This document shows, in pieces, positions 34,105 through 43,127 of a stretch of 56,568 nt of DNA. The notes below the pieces were generated by a model. That model was given only the letters and a program-made list of their open reading frames with translations. It ran no database searches and was not told the origin of the DNA. How positions within the stretch are numbered: position 1 is the first letter of the stretch; each line of letters starts with the position of its first letter. The translations under genes and the position numbers were made by a program. The DNA comes from Geobacter sp. (GTDB lineage Bacteria; Desulfobacterota; Desulfuromonadia; Geobacterales; Pseudopelobacteraceae): positions 1 to 56,568 of the forward strand of contig JANNLB010000155.1 of the NCBI GenBank assembly GCA_031396605.1, written 5' to 3'.

Positions 34105-36816
34105 ATGCAGTTTTTTATTGACCCCTATTTCCCCGATACAATCGATGCTGTCGGCGATGCCGGCATGGCCGGTTTTGATGAAAAGCGGCCGCTGTATCTT
34201 TCCGGCTGCAAGAATTTTCTGGCAAAGTATCGAGAAGAAATAAGGCTGCTGCATCAGGGGGGGGCTTCCGGCAGCGATGTATCCCATCTACTCAGCGATA
34301 TGATGGACGAATTGAACAACAAACTGTTCCTTTCCATCGTCTATGACCTGGGCGGCGGTGACGCCATGCTGGAGCACATCACGCTGGTGGCTGTGGGGGG
34401 ATATGGTCGCGGAGAGCTGAACCCCTATTCCGATATCGACATCATGTTTCTGCACGACGGTATCCTGCCTGTTGCGACGGTTGAGGATATTGCTCAGAAA
34501 CTGCTCTATTTTCTGTGGGATATGCGGCTTGATGTCGGCTATTCGGTGCGCAAGATTGCCGACTGCGTTGAAATGGCGGCGGCAGACGGCACCGTCAAGA
34601 CGGCGCTGATGGATGCCCGTTTTCTTTCGGGCAGCAGGCCGCTGTATGCTGCCCTCACCAAGGTTATTTTCAGCCAGATCCTGCCCAAATCGAGTGACTC
34701 ATTCATAAAGGAAAAAGTGTCCGATATGAAGAGCCGCCGTGACAAGTACGGCTCCACGGTCTATCTGCTGGAGCCGAACCTGAAAGAAGGGGAGGGGGGG
34801 CTGCGTGATCTGCAGACCGCCATCTGGGTGGCCCGCGTCAAGTACAAGTTTTCCGATCTGCGTGAACTGATCATCAAGGGAATACTAGACGATGAAGAAC
34901 TGGAAACGTACTACGCGGCGCTTGAATACCTCTGGCGCATCCGCAATGAACTGCATTACTTTAACGGCCGCAAAAATGATCAGCTGACCTTTGATGCCCA
35001 AGTACATCTGGCCGGATTTTTGGGGTATGAAGACGGCGTACTGGTGCTGGCGGTGGAAGATTTCATGAGGGATTATTACCGTCAGGCCAACAAAGTCGAA
35101 CATTTTACCTCCAGCCTGATTTCCCGCTGTATCTGGCGCGATGAAGGGGCTTTGAAGATCTTGGGATATTTTGTTCGGCGACCGGTTGGGGACGGCTGTT
35201 TCGTGCTCAAGGGAGAGTTGATCGTTCCGGATGAAGCCATTGTTGAAGAAAATCCGGGTGTCATGATGAAGATATTCGAGTTAGCCCAAAAACATGGTGT
35301 CTCCCTCAATGTCCGGGTTAAAGGAATCATCAGAAAAAATCTGGCGCTGATAAACGACAAGTTCCGCCGCAACCACGAGGTGAATCAGTCTTTTCTGAAC
35401 ATTCTGCGCTCAACCAAGGGCGTAGCCGACACTCTGCGTCTGATGCATCATCTGGAGTTCCTGAACCGCTATATTCCCGAACTTGAGCATATTTATTGTA
35501 AAGTTCAGCACGACATTTATCATATCTACACGGTTGACATTCACACCCTTTTTGCCGTTGAGCAGGCTGAAAAAATGCTGAGCGGAGAACTTAAGGGGAG
35601 TATGTCGCTCCCCTGCCAGATTGCTTCCGAGATCGGCAAGCCGGAATTACTGATTCTGGCGGTACTTTTTCATGACATTGGCAAGGGATCCGGAGGGGGG
35701 CATGCCGAGAAGGGGGGCGCCATGATTCCGACAATCGCCGACCGGATGGGGCTTTCCCGGGAGGAGAGCGAACGGCTGGAATTTCTGGTCCGCCAGCATC
35801 TGCAGTTTGCCCATATTTCGCAGCGCCGTGATCTGAATGACGAAAAAATGATTGCGCAGTTTGCCCGCCAGATGAAAACCAGCGAGAATCTCAAAATGCT
35901 TTACCTGCTTACGGTTGCTGACGTTCGGGCGGTTGGTTCGGATGTCTGGACGACCTGGAAGGCCTCACTGTTTCAGGAATTGTTCGAAAAGGCTTTCGGG
36001 ATTCTCGATAGGGGCGGATTCCAGCTGGAAGGCAACAGCGAGCGGGTCACCTCCGTTATCAAAAAAGTTACCGGTATTCTGGAGAATGAATTCCCCGTCG
36101 CAGAGATTCTGTTCGAGCTCAAGGCAATGCCGGTGCGGCTCCTACTTTCCAATCCGGCCCCGTTGATCGCAGATCATGTCCGTCTGCTGCTCGGTCTGGA
36201 AAGGTCTGATATCCTGCTGCGCCTTACGCATCAGCCGGAGAGCGGCTATTCCGAGTACATCATCTGTGCCCGCGACATGCCGGGGATGTTTTCACGGATT
36301 ACCGGCGTCATGGCGGCCAACGGCATAAATATTCTGGGGGCTCAGATCAATACCAGTAATAACGGCAAAGTACTGGACATCCTGCAGGTTAATTCACCGC
36401 AGGGAAATCTGGTCACCGATTCGGCCCGCTGGGATAAAATCGAACTTGATATGCGCCATGTTATTCATGGAGAGGTGCGGGTGTCAACCCTGGTAGCGAA
36501 GCGAAAGCGCCCCACATTGCTGACGGTACGTCCGACACCCCGCTTTGCGACCAAAGTTGATATCGATAATGATGTTTCCGAAGAGTATACCGTTATCGAT
36601 ATCCTGACTCACGACAAGGTTGGACTGCTGTATCTGATTACCAGTACCCTGGCTGAAATGGGGCTGTACATTGGAGTCTCCAAGATATCCACCAAAGTCG
36701 ATCAAGTGGCTGACGTATTTTATGTCCGGGATATTTTCGGCCATAAAATCACTGCTCCTGACAAACTGAACGAGATCTGCAGCAAACTGATGGCCGCAAT
36801 TGATGAGTGGGTGTGA
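34105..36816 (+). CDS. glnD: [Protein-PII] uridylyltransferase / uridylyl-removing enzyme GlnD
   Basis: 903 aa. The NTase motif is GGYGRGELNPYSDIDIMFLH and the HD domain motif is LFHDIGKG. There are two C-terminal ACT-like domains. Confidence 0.9.
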   Translation: MQFFIDPYFPDTIDAVGDAGMAGFDEKRPLYLSGCKNFLAKYREEIRLLHQGGASGSDVSHLLSDMMDELNNKLFLSIVYDLGGGDAMLEHITLVAVGGYGRGELNPYSDIDIMFLHDGILPVATVEDIAQKLLYFLWDMRLDVGYSVRKIADCVEMAAADGTVKTALMDARFLSGSRPLYAALTKVIFSQILPKSSDSFIKEKVSDMKSRRDKYGSTVYLLEPNLKEGEGGLRDLQTAIWVARVKYKFSDLRELIIKGILDDEELETYYAALEYLWRIRNELHYFNGRKNDQLTFDAQVHLAGFLGYEDGVLVLAVEDFMRDYYRQANKVEHFTSSLISRCIWRDEGALKILGYFVRRPVGDGCFVLKGELIVPDEAIVEENPGVMMKIFELAQKHGVSLNVRVKGIIRKNLALINDKFRRNHEVNQSFLNILRSTKGVADTLRLMHHLEFLNRYIPELEHIYCKVQHDIYHIYTVDIHTLFAVEQAEKMLSGELKGSMSLPCQIASEIGKPELLILAVLFHDIGKGSGGGHAEKGGAMIPTIADRMGLSREESERLEFLVRQHLQFAHISQRRDLNDEKMIAQFARQMKTSENLKMLYLLTVADVRAVGSDVWTTWKASLFQELFEKAFGILDRGGFQLEGNSERVTSVIKKVTGILENEFPVAEILFELKAMPVRLLLSNPAPLIADHVRLLLGLERSDILLRLTHQPESGYSEYIICARDMPGMFSRITGVMAANGINILGAQINTSNNGKVLDILQVNSPQGNLVTDSARWDKIELDMRHVIHGEVRVSTLVAKRKRPTLLTVRPTPRFATKVDIDNDVSEEYTVIDILTHDKVGLLYLITSTLAEMGLYIGVSKISTKVDQVADVFYVRDIFGHKITAPDKLNEICSKLMAAIDEWV

Positions 36817-36935
36817 AAAAAATTTTGAATTTTGAATTTTGAAGGCCTGCCCTGAGCGGCTTGTACTGAGCGAAGTCGAAGTAAGTCGAAGGGGTGAAAA
36901 TTGTAGGGGCGCGGTCCGTGACCTACCCGCCTTTT
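36817..36935. repeat. REP-like intergenic element (TTTTGAA tandem, CGAAGTCGAAG motif, GTAGGGGCG...CCTAC)
   Basis: It contains AATTTTGAATTTTGAATTTTGAA, then GAGCGAAGTCGAAGTAAGTCGAAGGGG, then GTAGGGGCGCGGTCCGTGACCTAC. Related motifs occur at about 31010-31030 and 33955-33985. Confidence 0.35.
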
Positions 36936-36948
36936 AAGGAGTGAAGTA

Positions 36949-37887
36949 TTGGAAGAGTTTATAAAGATTGTACTATTATCCGGAAGAACCGCTCTTGAGT
37001 TGGCGCTGTATGTGCTGCTGCCGGTGCTGGTGATCATGATGGCGCTGATGAAAGTCGTCGAGGCTCGCGGGGTTCTGGCTCTGGTCGCCAGAGTTATCCA
37101 GCCGGTTCTCAAGTTTTTCGGTGTTCCCGGAGCGGGTGTGTTTGCCATGCTGCAGCTGCTTCTGGTCAGTTTTGCTGCTCCGGTAGCAACGCTTGCCATC
37201 ATGGAGAAGGATGGCACCGCCCGGCGCAGGATTGCCGCCACCCTTGCCATGCTGTTTACAATGTCGCAGGCCAATGCGGTGTTTCCGCTGGTGGCGGTCG
37301 GTCTGAATCTGGGTATAATCATGGCGACTTCAGTAGCCGGCGGTCTTATTTCAGCAGCGTTAACCTATTATATTTTTGCCTGTTCAATCAATGATGGCGC
37401 TGCTCCAGCCGACTCTCACGAGCAAACGCCAACTAAAACCAACAGTGGTTCGTTGCTTAACATCATGATAGTCGGTGGTCAGGAGGCGGTGCAGGTTATT
37501 CTCGGTGCCATTCCCATGTTGATTCTGGCCATCTTCGTTGTGAATATTCTCAAGGCCACCGGAGCCATTTCCGGACTTGAAGTCTTGCTGGCGCCGCTTT
37601 TCGGTATGGTAGGCGTCCCTGCTGTGGCCGTACTGCCGATTGCCACCAAATACCTGGCCGGCGGAACCGCAATGATGGGGGTTACTCTCAATCTCATGAA
37701 AGAAGGCGCTATCACAATCCAGGAACTGAACCGTATGGCCGGTTTTATCATAAACCCCTGTGATATTGTTGGTGTTGCGGTACTGATTTCGGCCGGTGCG
37801 CGCTGTACTTCGGTTGTCAGGCCCGCCATCGCCGGTGCTGCGGTCGGGATCGTTGTCCGCGGAATACTGCATCTGCTGATTTTCTGA
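36949..37887 (+). CDS. Nucleoside-recognition (Gate) domain membrane protein (SpmA/SpmB-like)
   Basis: 312 aa with a TTG start and multiple TM helices. The N-terminus reads LSGRTALELALYVLLPVLVIMMALMKVVEARGVL. Confidence 0.65.
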   Translation: MEEFIKIVLLSGRTALELALYVLLPVLVIMMALMKVVEARGVLALVARVIQPVLKFFGVPGAGVFAMLQLLLVSFAAPVATLAIMEKDGTARRRIAATLAMLFTMSQANAVFPLVAVGLNLGIIMATSVAGGLISAALTYYIFACSINDGAAPADSHEQTPTKTNSGSLLNIMIVGGQEAVQVILGAIPMLILAIFVVNILKATGAISGLEVLLAPLFGMVGVPAVAVLPIATKYLAGGTAMMGVTLNLMKEGAITIQELNRMAGFIINPCDIVGVAVLISAGARCTSVVRPAIAGAAVGIVVRGILHLLIF

Positions 37888-37895
37888 TTCGTCGT

Positions 37896-38027
37896 TTACT
37901 TTTTCTTCAGCTCTTTCACGCGTTTTTCTTTTCTGCGACGCAAGGCTGCCCGGGCGCCAAAGAAGGTTCCTGCGGCCGTTAATACCCAGATAGTTATAGT
38001 GACTGCTGTTTCGCTGGTTGTTATCAT
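37896..38027 (-). CDS. Possible 43-aa single-TM small protein
   Basis: It is not in the ORF track (under 60 aa). ATG 38027 is preceded by AGGAG at 8 nt. The translation is MITTSETAVTITIWVLTAAGTFFGARAALRRRKEKRVKELKKK. Confidence 0.3.
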   Translation of the reverse strand: MITTSETAVTITIWVLTAAGTFFGARAALRRRKEKRVKELKKK

Positions 38028-38130
38028 ATGCGGAACTCCTTATTGCAACTGAAAGTATGTATTCATTCTGTCACTGAATCAGCCGGATTGCCTTGATGCA
38101 GGTCAAGCCGGAGAAGTCTGGAGAATATGA

Positions 38131-39018
38131 TTGAACGACTTCCTTGACCTCTTCATATCCTATCTTGCTGTGGAAAAAGGGCTCTCAGCGAACACGAGGA
38201 GCGCCTACAGCAGTGATCTGGCCCGTTATCTGGATTTTCTCGAAAAAGCCGGACGGCAGAAACCGTCGGATGTTGGTCCGGCAGATATTGCCGCATTCAT
38301 GGGTGCACTGCAGAAATTGGCTATCGGTCCGCGCAGCCGTGGCCGCTGTCTGTCGGCCATTCGCATGTTCCACAAATTTCTGATGATTGAAAACTACGCT
38401 GACAGCAATCCGGCAACAATCATTGAAGCGCCGCGTACTCTGCATAAACTGCCTCAGTTTCTCGACGGGCGCGAAGTCGATGCCCTGTTCACTGCCTGCC
38501 GGGGCGAGCGGGGCGAGGAGATGCGCGATCTCGCCATGCTTGAGTTGCTCTACGCCACCGGCTTGCGGGCGTCTGAATTGGTTAATCTCAAACTGCGTGA
38601 AGTCAATCTTGACTCCGGCTATCTGATGACGGTGGGAAAGGGGAACAAGGAACGCCTGGTGCCGATCGGTGAGTCGGCCCGCGTACGGGCAGCTTCCTAT
38701 CTCGACGCAGTCCGAAGCAAACAGGATCCGCAGCGGCTGAATCCGTACTTTTTTCTGTCCCGTCTGGGTGGAGTAATGAGCCGCCAGGCGTTCTGGAATA
38801 TCATCAAGAAACGGGCGCAGATGGCGGCTATCCGGAAAAATATTTCACCACACACCCTGCGGCACTCTTTTGCCACCCATCTGCTGGAAAACGGTGCTGA
38901 CCTGCGCAGTGTGCAGATCATGCTCGGGCATGCCGACCTGGCCAGCACCCAGATTTATACCCACGTTACCCGGGAGAGGCTGAAAAGGCTTCATCAGCAG
39001 ATTCATCCGCGCGGGTGA
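38131..39018 (+). CDS. xerD: Tyrosine recombinase XerD (XerC/D family)
   Basis: LYATGLRASELVNLKL and HTLRHSFATHLLENGADLRSVQIMLGHADLASTQIYTHV match the family. Confidence 0.8.
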   Translation: MNDFLDLFISYLAVEKGLSANTRSAYSSDLARYLDFLEKAGRQKPSDVGPADIAAFMGALQKLAIGPRSRGRCLSAIRMFHKFLMIENYADSNPATIIEAPRTLHKLPQFLDGREVDALFTACRGERGEEMRDLAMLELLYATGLRASELVNLKLREVNLDSGYLMTVGKGNKERLVPIGESARVRAASYLDAVRSKQDPQRLNPYFFLSRLGGVMSRQAFWNIIKKRAQMAAIRKNISPHTLRHSFATHLLENGADLRSVQIMLGHADLASTQIYTHVTRERLKRLHQQIHPRG

Positions 39019-39098
39019 TCTGCTCTTTGGTCCGCTTGTTCGGCGTAGTTTTATTGACACGTATGTCTATACAGACTACAATTTCTCACTTGTCGTAA

Positions 39099-41573
39099 AT
39101 GCTGAAATTCAATCATCAAGTGGCGCATGTATTTATGGCTGAACAGCCCGGCAGTAAGCAGGAACAGCATACACTTACATATTTGAGTCAGTTCGGATCG
39201 AATCTGCTTGATTCCCTGATCAAGCAGTTTTCCAACCCCGATACGGCCAGCCGCAACCGGTTTATTCTGCTCGTTTCTACCTCTCTGCTGCTGACACTGG
39301 CCATTCTACCTAACCAGCACACCTCCAAACTCTCCTATAAAATCGGTGATATTGCTACCTCCGATATTCGTGTAACCCAGGATCTTCTGGTAGAAGACAG
39401 GGCATTGACGGAACAGCGGCGCAAAGATGCCGGTAACAACGCCCCGGTTGTGTATAACCTGAGAGATCAGGTGTCCGGGGTTATTATTGACAAACTGCAA
39501 CAGGCCCTTACAATTGTTCGCTCCGGGCGTGAGGTAAAGCCGGAAAAAACTATTTCCCAGTTGCGGGCACAACTTACGCCGTTACTGGATACCGATCTGA
39601 GCGACGCTGAAATTCTGGCGCTGACCCGGATAAAGTCAGATAAAATTTTTCTCGCACGTGCGGCTGAGTTACTGAACGAACTGTATCAGCGAAAAATTGT
39701 TCTGGATGGGAAAGTCTTTCAGAGCGACTCCCGTCGCGGACTCGAAATATCTGACGACAATGGTCATCCCATCGGCGGCGACATCTCCACCGGTTTTACG
39801 GAGATTGGAGAGGCCCGCCGAATCGTCGGCAGTTGGAGTTTCAAGGGAGTGGGAGCCGATTCTGACAATGCCCGCATTTCGGCGGTGATAGCCAGGATCC
39901 TGCTCCCCAACCTTTTCTCCAATATCGAGGCAACCGAAGTGCGGTCCCGCAGAGCTATGGAAACGGTGCGACCGATTCTTTTCAAATTGCAGAAGGGGGA
40001 GATGGTCGTTCGGACAGGTGAACGGATTACCCCTGAACAGGCCCACAAACTTGAAGCGATCTTCGGCAATCAGCACGGCGGGAGTCGTCTCTTCACGGCG
40101 ATAGGTACCTTTGCGCTGATCCTTGTGTTGTTTTATTTCCCGTACCGGTTTGCCTGCAAGAATATTCGAAAATTCAATCCGACCAATAAAGATGTCCTTA
40201 TCATCTCTTTGCTGATAACCATCAGCTTCATCTGCTTCAAGACCGCTCTTCTGATCACCCATAACATCGGACCGGTATTCCCCTCGGTTGATGCTTCAAA
40301 TTATTTCTACCTGTTTCCGTTTGCCGCCGGAGCTATGATCGTCCGGATATTTATCAACTCGGAAGTCGCGCTGGTCTATTGTGCAATTCTGGCGCCGCTG
40401 CTCGGAATCATGTTTGAAAACAATATGCTGGTTGTTATCTATTCGCTGCTGGGAGGTATTATCGGCGCTCATGGTGTTCGTCACTGCACCAGTCGCGGCA
40501 CGATCTATACCGCCGGCATCAAGGTTTCGGTCGTCAACCTGGCTCTGGCGCTGTCGTTCCAGACTTTTAACAATGATATCTTCACCATGCAGACCCTGTA
40601 TGTAGCCTTCTTCGCCCTGCTCAGCGGATTTATCAGCGCCGGTTTCGTGTCGAGCTTCATTCCGCTGATTGAAACGCTCTTTCAGTATACGACCGATATC
40701 AAACTGCTGGAGCTCGCAAATCTCAACTCTCCGGTGCTTCGGGAACTGATGATCAAGGCTCCGGGAACGTATCACCACAGTATTGTTGTCGGTAATCTGG
40801 TAGAAGCGGCCGCCGAATCCATTGGCGCCAACCCCCTTCTGGCACGGGTTGCTGCCTATTATCACGATATCGGCAAGGCCTCAAAGCCGCACTATTTTAT
40901 TGAAAATCAGGCCGGTGAAGAGAATCGTCACGACAAGCTCACGCCCAGTATGAGTGCGCTGATTCTGATTTCGCATATCAGGGAAGGTGCGGAACTGGCC
41001 CGAGAAAACAGGCTGGGACAGCAAATAATTGATATCATCCGTCAGCACCACGGCACTGCTTTGATAAAGTTTTTTTATGAGCGCGCCAAAAGTCAGGCCG
41101 CATCAAACGGTCAGACTGTTGAGGAAAACGAGTTCCGCTATCCCGGTCCCAAGCCGCAGACTCGCGAGGCGGGCATTGTCATGCTGGCAGACTGTGTTGA
41201 AGCCGCCTCACGCACCCTCGTAAACCCCTCTCCCGACAGTATTCAGGGGTTGGTTCAGAAGTTGATCAATAATATATTTATCGATGGCCAACTGGACGAA
41301 TGTGAACTGACCCTTAAAAATCTGCACGAAATTGCCAAGAGTTTTACCGGCATTCTTAACGGCATCTTTCATCACCGGATCGACTATCCGGAGCCTGCCT
41401 ACAAAGGGGGGATTCGATCCAAAAAAACGGGACCCCGTGACCACGCCAAAACTGAACATGAGGTAGAGACGCATGTTGATACTGCTGAACAATCGCCAGA
41501 GACGCCATCGCTGCATAAGCCGGCAGTTAAAAAAAGTGGCGGTGAGAATCTTAAGCGCCTTGGGATGTCCTGA
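39099..41573 (+). CDS. 7TM-receptor HD-domain phosphohydrolase (PgpH/YqfF-like)
   Basis: It has an extracellular N-terminal domain, 7 TM helices, and HD motifs YHHSIVVGNL, AYYHDIGK and QHHG. It sits in the conserved position upstream of ybeY. Confidence 0.8.
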   Translation: MLKFNHQVAHVFMAEQPGSKQEQHTLTYLSQFGSNLLDSLIKQFSNPDTASRNRFILLVSTSLLLTLAILPNQHTSKLSYKIGDIATSDIRVTQDLLVEDRALTEQRRKDAGNNAPVVYNLRDQVSGVIIDKLQQALTIVRSGREVKPEKTISQLRAQLTPLLDTDLSDAEILALTRIKSDKIFLARAAELLNELYQRKIVLDGKVFQSDSRRGLEISDDNGHPIGGDISTGFTEIGEARRIVGSWSFKGVGADSDNARISAVIARILLPNLFSNIEATEVRSRRAMETVRPILFKLQKGEMVVRTGERITPEQAHKLEAIFGNQHGGSRLFTAIGTFALILVLFYFPYRFACKNIRKFNPTNKDVLIISLLITISFICFKTALLITHNIGPVFPSVDASNYFYLFPFAAGAMIVRIFINSEVALVYCAILAPLLGIMFENNMLVVIYSLLGGIIGAHGVRHCTSRGTIYTAGIKVSVVNLALALSFQTFNNDIFTMQTLYVAFFALLSGFISAGFVSSFIPLIETLFQYTTDIKLLELANLNSPVLRELMIKAPGTYHHSIVVGNLVEAAAESIGANPLLARVAAYYHDIGKASKPHYFIENQAGEENRHDKLTPSMSALILISHIREGAELARENRLGQQIIDIIRQHHGTALIKFFYERAKSQAASNGQTVEENEFRYPGPKPQTREAGIVMLADCVEAASRTLVNPSPDSIQGLVQKLINNIFIDGQLDECELTLKNLHEIAKSFTGILNGIFHHRIDYPEPAYKGGIRSKKTGPRDHAKTEHEVETHVDTAEQSPETPSLHKPAVKKSGGENLKRLGMS

Positions 41574-41943
41574 GGGGACGGAACTCTCGGTTTCAATTGT
41601 GGGTGACCGCTCGATCAGGATCATCAACCGCCGGTATCTTGCCAAAGATCGACCGACCAACGTGATTTCATTTTCACTGCAGGAGGGAGACTGCGGCGGG
41701 GTAAACCCGCATGCTCTCGGAGATGTAATTATCTCGGCAGATACTGCGGCGCGAGAGGCAGAAGAGGGTGGCATGGTCTTCTTCGAGAGACTGTCGTTCC
41801 TGCTGCTGCACGGAATTATGCATCTGTGCGGGTATGATCATGAACGGAGCGGTGAGGCGGAAGCACACAAAATGCAGCAGAAGGAGCAGCAGCTATTCAG
41901 AATTCTGAAGAAGGAAGGGTTGTTAAGCCCGACCGGTTTATAG
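41473..41943 (+). CDS. ybeY: Endoribonuclease YbeY
   Basis: The zinc motif is HGIMHLCGYDHE. The N-terminus ILLNNRQRRH is typical of YbeY. It overlaps the upstream gene by 101 nt if 41473 is the start. Confidence 0.85.
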   Translation: MLILLNNRQRRHRCISRQLKKVAVRILSALGCPEGTELSVSIVGDRSIRIINRRYLAKDRPTNVISFSLQEGDCGGVNPHALGDVIISADTAAREAEEGGMVFFERLSFLLLHGIMHLCGYDHERSGEAEAHKMQQKEQQLFRILKKEGLLSPTGL

Positions 41944-41999
41944 ATTCGGCCAACAGCGCTGTTGAGGGAATCCTGCACGCGGCCCGTGCTGAAAAGCAT

Positions 42000-42629
42000 A
42001 TGCGTATTCATTTCATCGCGGCCATTGCAGTATTGCTGACGGCACTGTTTCTCAAAGTCAGCCCGCTTGAGTTTGCGCTGCTTGCGCTGTCAATCCTGTT
42101 AGTACTCTGCGCAGAAATGTTTAATACCGCGGTTGAAGCGGTTGTCGATCTCGTCTCACCCGGCTACCATCCGTTGGCCAAAATTGCGAAAGATACGGCT
42201 GCCGGAGCCGTGCTGATCGCAGCATGCGGCGCCGCCATCATGGGGTACCTGATTCTGGCAAAATACGTTTTGCCGCTTTATGGGGAGGTTCTTGCGATGT
42301 TTGGCACTGAGTCTGACATTGGTACGGTCGTCTCGATACTGATCGTAGTAATCATAGTAGTTATTGTAAAGAGTGCAACCGGTACCGGCACTCCTCTCAA
42401 GGGTGGAATACCGAGCGGACACTCTGCTGTCGCGTTCTCAATCGCAACAGCGATAACGCTTACTACTCGTGATCCGCTTATTTCTCTGCTTTCACTTTCA
42501 TTGGCTGCGATGGTAAGTCACTCACGACTGCTGATGAGAATTCATTCAATGCGCGAGACCGTCATCGGTGCATGTATCGGTACTGTTGTTACGTTGCTGG
42601 TTCTTCAGCTTTTCAAGATGTATGCATGA
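42000..42629 (+). CDS. dgkA: Diacylglycerol/undecaprenol kinase (DgkA) fused to a PAP2-type phosphatase C-terminal module
   Basis: The DgkA core is RIHFIAAIAVL...AEMFNTAVEAVVD...AKDTAAGAVL. The C-terminus carries the PAP2 motifs PSGHS and SHSRLLMRIHSMRE. Confidence 0.7.
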   Translation: MRIHFIAAIAVLLTALFLKVSPLEFALLALSILLVLCAEMFNTAVEAVVDLVSPGYHPLAKIAKDTAAGAVLIAACGAAIMGYLILAKYVLPLYGEVLAMFGTESDIGTVVSILIVVIIVVIVKSATGTGTPLKGGIPSGHSAVAFSIATAITLTTRDPLISLLSLSLAAMVSHSRLLMRIHSMRETVIGACIGTVVTLLVLQLFKMYA

Positions 42630-42658
42630 CATCGGCCCGGAGATCGGCTCGTGAGGGT

Positions 42659-43033
42659 CTACTTCAATCGGGCTTTTTGCAATTTTTCCTGAAACAGTTC
42701 GGGCGTAAATCCTTTCATAATTATCTCATCCTTGTCTTTGCCAAAAATAATCACCGGAACTCCGGTACTGTTGTACTTGACCGTCAAATCATCCATCGCC
42801 TTGGCATCGACCTCGACGTCACGATTAATAAACGGGATGTCGTTTTTGGTCAGGTATTCCTTGGCTTCACGACAGTGGGGACACCAGGCGACCGAGTAGA
42901 GGACGATCTGGGGATATTGCTTTGCCGCCGCCGCTTTGGCAGGGTCCAGGACGCTCTGGCGGGTCTCTTCGGCACCGGCTGAAACGAACAAGAGCAAGGT
43001 TAAGGCCAGAGCTGTATATACTGATCGTGTCAT
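42659..43033 (-). CDS. Secreted thioredoxin/glutaredoxin-fold protein
   Basis: ATG 43033 follows AAGGAG. It has a signal peptide and the redox motif WCPHC. Confidence 0.7.
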   Translation of the reverse strand: MTRSVYTALALTLLLFVSAGAEETRQSVLDPAKAAAAKQYPQIVLYSVAWCPHCREAKEYLTKNDIPFINRDVEVDAKAMDDLTVKYNSTGVPVIIFGKDKDEIIMKGFTPELFQEKLQKARLK

Positions 43034-43127
43034 GGTAGATTCTCCTTTTTTATGCATTGCGATGTTCAGTAAATTATCACATTGCTGTCGGCAAGGTCAA
43101 ACAAACAAGCTGCGTGGAGACGTAATA

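Noticed and set aside
36720-37322. 200-aa minus-strand ORF overlapping the Gate-domain membrane gene
   Set aside because: It is antisense to a clearly hydrophobic multi-TM coding frame and has an Ala/Arg/Ser-rich shadow composition.
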